Below, piece by piece: positions 57,429 to 64,000 of a stretch of 64,000 bases of DNA. Numbering within the stretch: the stretch's first letter is position 1; each line of letters opens with the position of its first letter. Origin of the DNA: Elusimicrobiota bacterium. Lineage in GTDB: Bacteria > Elusimicrobiota > Elusimicrobia > UBA1565 > UBA9628. Made by a program: the position numbers and the translations under genes. Location: NCBI GenBank assembly GCA_035606075.1, contig DATNGC010000060.1, positions 1,450-65,449 on the forward strand, written 5' to 3'. Under the pieces are notes generated by a model. It had not been told where the DNA came from and searched no databases. It saw nothing but the letters and a program-made list of their open reading frames with translations.

Positions 57429-58259
57429 TTATTGCGGCGGCCCCGCTGGCGCCGCGGCCTGCAGGGTCAGCGTCAGCTCGGCTCCCTTGCCGAGGCCCTC
57501 GCTCGAGATCGAGATGTCGCCCCCGTGCTTGTTCATGATCCAGCGCGCCACGTTGAGCCCGAGCCCCGTCCCGCCCGACTCGGCCTTGCCCGTGGCGAAC
57601 GGCTCGAAGAGACGCTTGAGCGCCGAGGCCTCGATGCCCACCCCCGTGTCCTCGAGGGCGATGCGCGCCACGCCCGCGGCGCCGCCGCTCGCCTTGATGT
57701 CCAGGCGCCCGCCGAAGGGCATCGCGTCGAGCGCGTTGATGAGGAGGATGGTGAGCACCTGCGTCAGGTGCCGCGGGCTCGCCAGCACCCAAAGCCCCTC
57801 CGGCAGCTCCAGCCACACGTCGACGCGGCGCTCGTCGAAGCGGATCCAGATTGGGTCCAGCGCCGCCTTGACGAGGGGCGCCAGCGCCACGGGCTTGAGC
57901 TCCAGCGGCGTGGGCTTGGCGAAGTCCAGGATGTCGGAGAGGATCTCCACCGCGCGGTCCGCCTCGCGCGTGGCGATCGCGAACTGAAGCTTCGGATCGC
58001 CGCCTTTCTCGAGCACCCGCTGCGCGTTCTCGATCGTGAGGATCACCGTGTTGAGCGGCGTGCGCACCTCGTGCACCACGCCCGACATCATCTGCCCCAC
58101 CGTGGACAGGCGCTGCAGCCAGGCCAGGCGCTCGTCGTCGGGCATCTCCGCGGCCGGCCCCGCGCCTTTCAGCAGGCCGCGCCGGCGGCGGCCGATCGAG
58201 TACCCCGCGGCGCCGCCCAAAATCAAGCCGATCAGCGCCGCAAGAAGCTTTGACTCCAC
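57429..58259 (-). CDS. Sensor histidine kinase (short, one TM)
   Basis: GTG at 58259 gives ESKLLAALIGLILGGAAG (TM). The H-box is VVHEVRTPLN, and HATPase_c is DTGVGI..GTGLGLNVA. The upstream part of track ORF 57429..58898 overlaps the divergent regulator and is rejected. Confidence 0.8.
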   Translation of the reverse strand: MESKLLAALIGLILGGAAGYSIGRRRRGLLKGAGPAAEMPDDERLAWLQRLSTVGQMMSGVVHEVRTPLNTVILTIENAQRVLEKGGDPKLQFAIATREADRAVEILSDILDFAKPTPLELKPVALAPLVKAALDPIWIRFDERRVDVWLELPEGLWVLASPRHLTQVLTILLINALDAMPFGGRLDIKASGGAAGVARIALEDTGVGIEASALKRLFEPFATGKAESGGTGLGLNVARWIMNKHGGDISISSEGLGKGAELTLTLQAAAPAGPPQ

Positions 58260-58283
58260 TCGCCATTTATATAAAATCCGGAC

Positions 58284-58994
58284 GTGCCCACGAGAGTCCT
58301 GCTGATCGAAGACGACGCGTCCTTCCGCAACGCCGTGTCCGACGTCCTGAGCCTGGAGGGCTACGAGGTGCTCCAAGCCCCGTCCGGCAAGGCCGGCATC
58401 GTGACGGTCAAGAAGGAGATGCCCGACCTCGTCGTGCTCGACTTGATCATGCCCGGCATGAAGGGCCTCGAGGTCTGCCAGGTCCTCAAGCAGGACACCG
58501 CCACCGCGCGCGTGCCCATCATCATCCTGACCGGCAACGATAAAGAAGGACAGGACATCGCGTGCCTGGATATGGGCGCCGACGAGTACCTGATGAAGCC
58601 CGTCAAGAGCGAGCGCCTGCTCGCCTACGTCCGCGCGCTCCTGCGCCGCACCGAGGGGGAGAAAAGCGCGGGCGCCGTCCCGTCCAACGTCTCCGTCGGC
58701 GACATGCGCTTGGACTACTCCCGCAAGCTCGTCGTGATCGGCAAGACCGAGCACCCGCACCTGACGCCGAAGGAATTCGAGCTGCTCTATTACCTGGCGC
58801 GCCGCACGCCGAACCCGACGGACCGCACGACGATCTACAAGGACGTCTGGGGAGTCGAGCCGCCGTCGGAGGGCGTGCTCAAGACCGTCGAGGTCCACGT
58901 GCGCCGCGTGCGCCTCAAGCTGGGCTGGAAGTCCGACCAGTGGCTGACCAGCGTCTCCGGTCGCGGCTACGCCCTGATCCCGCCGAAGAAGTAA
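58284..58994 (+). CDS. OmpR/PhoB-family response regulator
   Basis: The receiver is RVLLIEDD ... DLVVLDLIMPG ... PIIILTG ... YLMKP. The winged helix is LTPKEFELLYYLA ... VEVHVRRVRLKL. Confidence 0.85.
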   Translation: MPTRVLLIEDDASFRNAVSDVLSLEGYEVLQAPSGKAGIVTVKKEMPDLVVLDLIMPGMKGLEVCQVLKQDTATARVPIIILTGNDKEGQDIACLDMGADEYLMKPVKSERLLAYVRALLRRTEGEKSAGAVPSNVSVGDMRLDYSRKLVVIGKTEHPHLTPKEFELLYYLARRTPNPTDRTTIYKDVWGVEPPSEGVLKTVEVHVRRVRLKLGWKSDQWLTSVSGRGYALIPPKK

Positions 58995-59806
58995 TGAGCG
59001 AGGGGGAGCGCCCGCCTCACGCCGTCCTCGTCCGGTCCCCGGAGAAGTTCCTGCCCACCGCCGTCGCCGCGGTGTTGGGAAAGCGCAAGAAGCAGCCCGC
59101 GCTGGACTTCGTGGCGCCCGTGCGCTCCTCGTGGGGGCTCATCGCCGAGTCCTTGCCGGCCCCGGAGGCCGACGAGCTCGCCGCCGACCTGACCGCGGGC
59201 GGCCAGCCGGCCGTCGCCGCGCCGACGAGCCTGCTCGAATCCCTTCCCGCGCCGGTGCTGGTGACCAAGGCCGAGCTCGCCGGCGACGGCTTCGACGTCG
59301 TCTCGGGCCGCGCCCACGCCGCGCCCGAGCGGCAGTCGTGGAGCCATCTCGCCGCGCTGTGCGCGGGCGGCATCGAGGTGCGCGAGAGCAAGACCATCAC
59401 CGAGAAGGCGGAGATGGACATCAAGGAGAAGGCCGTGCGCATCGGCATCAGCATGGCGACGGGCCTCCCCATGATGGGCGGCAAGAAGGAGGTCACGCGC
59501 GTGGTGGAGACCAGGGACCGCGCGCTGACTTTGGACCTGCTGTTCCTGAACCCGTCGCGCCGCCTGCGCGTCGAGGCGCGGTCTTTCGACTACTCCCTGC
59601 TCGGCCCCAAGATGGCCCACGCCGCCGAGGTCAACTTCGCGATCCTCGTCAACGAGGTCGCCGCCCGCGCCCCGGCCGCCTTGCGCGGCAAAGGCACCCG
59701 CGGCTTTCTGAACAAAACCGGCGACTGGCGCTACGACTCCCTGCCCGACCTCGAGCGCGAGGAGCGCTGGCTGCTGACGTTGGCCGCCCTCAAAGCCGCG
59801 TTGTAG
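58994..59806 (+). CDS. Hypothetical protein
   Basis: ATG at 58994 follows directly after the regulator stop. 270 aa. No domain recognised. Confidence 0.45.
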   Translation: MSEGERPPHAVLVRSPEKFLPTAVAAVLGKRKKQPALDFVAPVRSSWGLIAESLPAPEADELAADLTAGGQPAVAAPTSLLESLPAPVLVTKAELAGDGFDVVSGRAHAAPERQSWSHLAALCAGGIEVRESKTITEKAEMDIKEKAVRIGISMATGLPMMGGKKEVTRVVETRDRALTLDLLFLNPSRRLRVEARSFDYSLLGPKMAHAAEVNFAILVNEVAARAPAALRGKGTRGFLNKTGDWRYDSLPDLEREERWLLTLAALKAAL

Positions 59807-59833
59807 GGTCAGGCCTTCACTTTTTCAACTTTT
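59806..59833. repeat. Left 28-bp inverted repeat flanking the RAYT gene
   Basis: gggtcaggccttcactttttcaactttt is the perfect reverse complement of 60675-60702. Confidence 0.8.
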
Positions 59834-60635
59834 TTCGCTGAATCAGGTTGTGCACCGCTTGCGGAGTGCGGCCCATCCAGCCGGCGATCGAGGCGAGAGT
59901 ATGCCCGCGCTGAAGAGCTCTTTCCGCCAGGAGATAACGCTTCAGCGCGAGATCGTGACGTCGGTTCCCGGAACGGATTCCGATCAGGTCATCCGGGAAT
60001 AGATCCGAAGCTATCTCCTCGAGGGTCTCGCTATCGACGTCGTCTTCGATTTCTTCTTCGCGTAGGAGGGGTGAAGAAGGCAGCGGCTCGGGCCAGGGGC
60101 TGAATCCGGCGTCTCCTCCCTTCATCCATTGATCGTAGCCCTGGCCGCCGAGCGCGTCGAAAAAGAGCCGCTGGTCGACGAACTCTCCACCGTCCTTCTT
60201 GGCGTAGACGTGATGACTCGACCATGGCCAGCTTTCGGGGTTCGCAACAAGACCCGCGCGGACCGGGTTCATGTGAATGTAGCGGATCAAGGCGATCAAG
60301 TAGGCGTCATCAAGGCAGTGGACGGCTTTGTATCGTGCCTGGAATAGGTGACCTTGGCGATCGTGCCTGAAATTGAACGACATCGCATACGTCGTCAGAA
60401 GGCGATGCATGATCCGGGAGAGCGGAATCCTCCCGACGCGCAGCGCGAAATGGAAGTGATTGCCCATCAAGCAATAGGCGAGGATCGTGCAGGAGGTCTC
60501 GCCCTTCAGGCCTTTCGCGGTCGCGAGGAACGTTCGCCGGTCCGAATCGTCGGCGAAGATTTCGCGTCCGTCGACCCCGCGAGCCATCACATGATAGACC
60601 GCGCCGGGATAATGGATTCTTGGGGGCCGAGGCAT
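59817..60635 (-). CDS. REP-associated tyrosine transposase (IS200/Y1 family, RAYT) with C-terminal HTH
   Basis: GAVYHVMARG, YCLMGNHFHFAL (HUH) and YIHMNPVRAGL match the Y1 transposase/RAYT pattern. The C-terminal TLASIAGWMGRTPQAVHNLIQR is HTH-like. Confidence 0.8.
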   Translation of the reverse strand: MPRPPRIHYPGAVYHVMARGVDGREIFADDSDRRTFLATAKGLKGETSCTILAYCLMGNHFHFALRVGRIPLSRIMHRLLTTYAMSFNFRHDRQGHLFQARYKAVHCLDDAYLIALIRYIHMNPVRAGLVANPESWPWSSHHVYAKKDGGEFVDQRLFFDALGGQGYDQWMKGGDAGFSPWPEPLPSSPLLREEEIEDDVDSETLEEIASDLFPDDLIGIRSGNRRHDLALKRYLLAERALQRGHTLASIAGWMGRTPQAVHNLIQRKKLKK

Positions 60636-60674
60636 GCATCATCCATACGATTTGCCCCTCCGATTAGTTCCCGG

Positions 60675-60702
60675 AAAAGTTGAAAAAGTGAAGGCCTGAC
60701 CC
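60675..60702. repeat. Right 28-bp inverted repeat flanking the RAYT gene
   Basis: aaaagttgaaaaagtgaaggcctgaccc. Confidence 0.8.
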
Positions 60703-60707
60703 CAACT

Positions 60708-61994
60708 TTACCAGCGGGCGTGCTCGGCCGCCAGAAGCACTGCCGCGAGCACGGCGACCGCGATCCTCGCGGGAGGAAGCTCCTTGCGGCGGCCGGCGAT
60801 CGCGTAGAGGGCGGCGTGGGAGACGAAGCCCCAGAGCAGGCCCTGGGTGATCGAGAAGGTGAGGGGGATCAGCGCGACGGTCAGGAAGGCGGGGAGAGCG
60901 TCCTCGACTTTCTCGAAATCCACGTGGTTGATCGCGCGAAACATCAGGGCGCCCACGATCACGAGCGTGGGCGCCGTGGCGTAGGGCGGGACCATCGCGG
61001 CGAGCGGGCCGAGGAAGAAGCAGGGGAGGAAGCACAGCGCGGTGAACACGCTGGTCAGGCCCGTGCGGCCGCCCATCTCGATGCCGGCGGCGCTTTCAAT
61101 ATAGGCCGTTCCTGACGAAGTGCCCGCCAGGCCCGCGCCGAGCGTCGCGAACGCGTCCACGAGCAGGCCCTCGCGCAGGTTCTTGGCCTGGCCGTTCTCG
61201 TCCACGAGGCCCGTCGAGTGCGCGACGCCGACGAAGGTGGAGATCGAGTCGAAGAGATCGGTGAACAGGAACACCGCGACGGTGGACCACAGCGCGGGCT
61301 CCAGCGCGGCGCGCCAGTCCATCTTCAGCATCACGCTGGAGAAGTCGGGCGCGGAAAAGAACGAGGGGGGAGCCGTGACGAGCCCCATGACCCACGCCGC
61401 GGCCGTCACTCCCAGGATGCCGGCCAAGAAAGCGAGCGGAGAGCGCCGCCGCATCATCCAGATCGTGACCAGCCCGCCCGCGAGGCTCAGCGCGACTCGG
61501 CGGTCGAGCGTGCCGAGCCGCACGAACGTCGCGGGATCGGCGACGATGAAGCCCGCGTTCTTGAGGCCGATGAAGGCGAGGAACAGCCCGATGCCCGCGC
61601 CCGAGGCCGCGCGCAGGTCCGGAGGGATGGCCTCGGCCAGCCGCTGGCGCAAGGGCGTGGCCGAGACCGCGACGAAGAGGACTCCGGCCCAGAACACCGC
61701 GCCGAGCGCCGCTTGCCACGAGACGTGCCGTCCGAGCACGACCGAGTAGGCGAAGAAGGCGTTGAGGCCCATGCCGGGCGCGACCGCGAAGGGCAGGTCG
61801 GCGTACAGGCCCATGAGCAAGGTCATCGAGCAGGAGAGCAGGACCGTCGCGGTGAGCACTCCCGCGAACGGCATCCCGGTGCCCGAGCCGGAGAGGATCG
61901 CCGGGTTGACCACCACGATGTAGGCCATCGTGAAGAACGTGGTGATCCCGGCCAGGGCCTCGCGGGTGACGTCGGCGCGGGAGAGCTTCTTCAC
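60708..61994 (-). CDS. NCS2-family purine permease (AzgA/PurP-like adenine/guanine/hypoxanthine transporter)
   Basis: REALAGITTFFTMAYIVVVNPAIL and GMGLNAFFAYSVV match the family. 428 aa with about 12 hydrophobic segments. Confidence 0.8.
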   Translation of the reverse strand: MKKLSRADVTREALAGITTFFTMAYIVVVNPAILSGSGTGMPFAGVLTATVLLSCSMTLLMGLYADLPFAVAPGMGLNAFFAYSVVLGRHVSWQAALGAVFWAGVLFVAVSATPLRQRLAEAIPPDLRAASGAGIGLFLAFIGLKNAGFIVADPATFVRLGTLDRRVALSLAGGLVTIWMMRRRSPLAFLAGILGVTAAAWVMGLVTAPPSFFSAPDFSSVMLKMDWRAALEPALWSTVAVFLFTDLFDSISTFVGVAHSTGLVDENGQAKNLREGLLVDAFATLGAGLAGTSSGTAYIESAAGIEMGGRTGLTSVFTALCFLPCFFLGPLAAMVPPYATAPTLVIVGALMFRAINHVDFEKVEDALPAFLTVALIPLTFSITQGLLWGFVSHAALYAIAGRRKELPPARIAVAVLAAVLLAAEHARW

Positions 61995-62392
61995 GCGGGA
62001 GAGGGAAGGGCGTCGACCGCGGCGAGCACGGCGGTCAGATCGAGCGGCTTGCCGAAGAAGCCGGAGGCGCCGAGCAGCAGCACGTCCTTCCGCGTGTCGC
62101 TGTCGTTGAGGCCGGTCATCACGTGGATCGGCGCGCGCGTGAGCGTCTTGAGCTCGGCCAGCGCCTGCAGGCCCGTCATGCCCGGAAGGATCAAGTCGAG
62201 AAGCACGAGGTCGAAGGACCCGTTCTTCAGCGCCTCGACGGCGTCCTCGGCGCTGCGGGCGCCCTCGACGCGATGGCCGGCGTTTTCCAGGAAGCGCGCC
62301 AGCATCTCCACGGCCGCGGGCTCGTCGTCCACCACGAGGATTCGGGCTGAGCGCAAGGCGAATAGCTTACTGATTGCGCCGTAGCCGCGCAA
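61991..62392 (-). CDS. Single-domain response regulator
   Basis: ARILVVDDE ... DLVLLDLILPGMTG ... PIHVMTG ... FFGKP. It starts at TTG; an alternative TTG is at 62356. Confidence 0.75.
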   Translation of the reverse strand: MRGYGAISKLFALRSARILVVDDEPAAVEMLARFLENAGHRVEGARSAEDAVEALKNGSFDLVLLDLILPGMTGLQALAELKTLTRAPIHVMTGLNDSDTRKDVLLLGASGFFGKPLDLTAVLAAVDALPSPA

Positions 62393-62403
62393 TCGTTACA
62401 CTC

Positions 62404-63762
62404 ATGACCATGAACCGACTCGCGATTCTCGCCGCCGCTCTTGCCCTCCCCGCGCTTTTGGCCGGCTGCGCGGAAAACGGATACCGCATGACCAACGCGG
62501 CGCAATACGGCGACGTGGGGGCCCTTCAGGCGGCCCTCCTGTCGGGCATCTCCGTCAACGAAAGGAACGGCAAGCAGGAGACGGCGCTCCACTCGGCCGC
62601 CTTCGAAGGACAGATGGACGCGATGCAACTGCTCCTCAAGGTGGGCGCGGACGTCGACGCGAAGACCGGCAATCAGGCCACCCCGCTGGATTATGCGGCC
62701 GCCGGCGGCCATGCCGAGGCCGTGCGGCTTCTCCTCGAGCACGGCGCGTCGGTCGACGAGGCGGCCGACGGCGGCTTCACGCCGCTGCTCTTCGCCGCGA
62801 GACAGGGCGATCTGGCCACGGCCAAGGTGCTCCTCGAGCACGGGGCCGACCCGCTCGCGACCTCGTACGGCATGACCGCCGCCGACATCGCCGAAAAAAA
62901 CGGTCACGGGACGCTCGCCGCCATGCTGCGAGCCGCGATCGACAAGGGAGTCGCCGCGCCCGACGTCTCCCGGCCCGCGGCTCCTCCGCCGGAGCCCGTC
63001 GCGCAGGCCGCGGACTCGGACGTCGACTCTCCGGGCTACCGCCATCCGGCGCACCCCGACGATTGGGCGCTCGTCATCGGCATCGAGAGCTATCACAAGA
63101 ATCTGCCCAAGGCCGACTACGCCGAGCGCGACGCCGATGCCGTCCGCAGGCACTTGATCGCCCTCGGCTTCCCGGAAGAGAACGTCATCACGCTCAAGGG
63201 CCAGGACGCGACGCAAAGCGGCATCGCGAGCTACCTCGAGGAGTATCTCCCGAAGAACGTGACCGCGAATTCGCGCGTGTTCTTCTACTATTCCGGCCAC
63301 GGCGCGCCCGACCCGGACAGCGGCACGGCGTACCTCGTGCCGTGGGAGGCCGATCCGCAGTTCATCAAGAAGCAAGGCCTGCCGCTCAGCCGGATCTACG
63401 CCGACTTGAAGAGCCTCCACGCGAAGCAGACCCTCGTCGCTCTCGACTCCTGCTTCTCGGGGGCGGGCGGGCGCTCGGTCCTGCAGCGGGGAGCGCGGCC
63501 GCTGGTCAACGTGAAGCTCGGCGCCGCCGACGCGGGGCCCGGCGCCACGGTCCTCGCCGCGTCGCAGGCGGACCAGATCACGCTGTCCATCGACGGCCAG
63601 CGCCATGGCCTGTTCACGTACTACCTGCTCAAGGGCCTGCAGTCCGGAGCGCAGGACTCGAAGGCGTTGTACGACTTCGTGAAGCCGCAGGTCGACCGCG
63701 CGGCGCGGCGCCAGAACAGCATCCAAGTCCCGACGTACGCGGGAAGCGACTTCAGCTTCTAG
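62404..63762 (+). CDS. Lipoprotein with ankyrin repeats and a caspase-like (peptidase C14) domain
   Basis: The lipobox is LLAGC. Four ANK units are GKQETALHSAAFEGQMDAMQLLLKVGADVD, NQATPLDYAAAGGHAEAVRLLLEHGASVD, GGFTPLLFAARQGDLATAKVLLEHGADP and the shorter YGMTAADIAEKNGHGTLAAMLRAAI. The caspase dyad motifs are FFYYSGHGA and LDSCFSGAG. Confidence 0.8.
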   Translation: MTMNRLAILAAALALPALLAGCAENGYRMTNAAQYGDVGALQAALLSGISVNERNGKQETALHSAAFEGQMDAMQLLLKVGADVDAKTGNQATPLDYAAAGGHAEAVRLLLEHGASVDEAADGGFTPLLFAARQGDLATAKVLLEHGADPLATSYGMTAADIAEKNGHGTLAAMLRAAIDKGVAAPDVSRPAAPPPEPVAQAADSDVDSPGYRHPAHPDDWALVIGIESYHKNLPKADYAERDADAVRRHLIALGFPEENVITLKGQDATQSGIASYLEEYLPKNVTANSRVFFYYSGHGAPDPDSGTAYLVPWEADPQFIKKQGLPLSRIYADLKSLHAKQTLVALDSCFSGAGGRSVLQRGARPLVNVKLGAADAGPGATVLAASQADQITLSIDGQRHGLFTYYLLKGLQSGAQDSKALYDFVKPQVDRAARRQNSIQVPTYAGSDFSF

Positions 63763-63986
63763 TGCTCATCCGGCTGAAAGTCCATCCCGACGAGCGCCGC
63801 GACCGCCTGGAGAAGCGCGCCGAGGGCGTCTACGAGCTCTGGGTCCGCGCGCCCGCCGAGCGCGGCCTGGCCAACGCCGCGGCGCTGAGCCTCCTCGCCC
63901 GCGAGCTGGGCTGCGAGGCGAAATGCCTGCGCGTGATCAAGGGCGCGCATTCGCCCTCGAAGATCGTCCAGCGTCACGGTCCGTGA
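63762..63986 (+). CDS. DUF167 (YggU) family protein
   Basis: GTG overlaps the upstream TAG. The sequence LIRLKVHP...LWVRAPAERGLANAAALSLLARELG..KCLRVIKGAHSPSKIV fits the YggU pattern. Confidence 0.6.
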   Translation: MLIRLKVHPDERRDRLEKRAEGVYELWVRAPAERGLANAAALSLLARELGCEAKCLRVIKGAHSPSKIVQRHGP

Positions 63987-64000
63987 CGCGCGTCCAAAGA

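Noticed and set aside
57429-58898. 489-aa form of the second histidine kinase.
   Set aside because: The upstream 210 codons or so overlap the divergent OmpR-type regulator on the other strand and have shadow-ORF composition. The kinase begins plausibly at GTG 58259, just before its TM helix.
61995-62403. Possible purine riboswitch upstream of the NCS2 permease.
   Set aside because: The permease start overlaps the stop of the upstream response-regulator gene, so there is no leader in which a riboswitch could sit.
62227-63726. 499-aa minus-strand ORF.
   Set aside because: It is antisense to the ankyrin-caspase gene, which has unmistakable ANK and C14 motifs.

Overview
This is a high-GC bacterial chromosomal segment, roughly two thirds G+C by eye. 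All calls come from reading the supplied translations and DNA; no searches were run. In the ORF track, M can stand for a GTG or TTG start. Host-like core genes sit at both ends. The left core (1-12.9 kb) holds a secretin 3' end, glucokinase, a CHASE3 histidine kinase, a hemolysin-III protein and a minus-strand operon of unusual secreted Cys-loop repeat proteins. The right core (54.8-64 kb) holds a Bcp peroxiredoxin, two-component genes, a RAYT transposase with 28-bp inverted repeats, an NCS2 permease, an ankyrin-caspase lipoprotein and a DUF167 protein. Between them, three acquired segments are stacked downstream of a tRNA-Met(CAU) gene (54724-54797, minus strand). They are delimited by direct copies of the tRNA 3' end at 22408, 32695 and 54724. 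Island C (about 12.95-22.4 kb, lower GC) has a DUF4143 ATPase, an XRE-nucleotidyltransferase pair and a cyclase/mCpol-like gene. It also has a tightly coupled four-gene operon: a RloC-like zinc-hook ATPase, two HEPN (Rx4H) proteins and a nuclease-like protein. Element A (22.4-32.7 kb, lower GC) has a second XRE-nucleotidyltransferase pair followed by a proteasome-beta-like fusion protein. It also carries two tyrosine recombinases, a replication-relaxation gene, a G-depleted ori/oriT-like region and three secreted cargo proteins. Element B (32.7-54.7 kb, host-like GC) is an integrase-bearing element of about 45 short rightward ORFs. I can find no terminase, portal, tail or P-loop ATPase in it. 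It does have a 314-aa protein with a clear internal duplication of a jelly-roll-like half, two smaller beta-rich capsid-like proteins, a block of membrane-anchored proteins and a lysis cassette. My best reading of B is a tailless, internal-membrane, double-jelly-roll-type prophage of an undescribed lineage. I saw no rRNA genes or CRISPR arrays. Many long ORFs in the track are antisense shadows typical of high-GC DNA and were not called.
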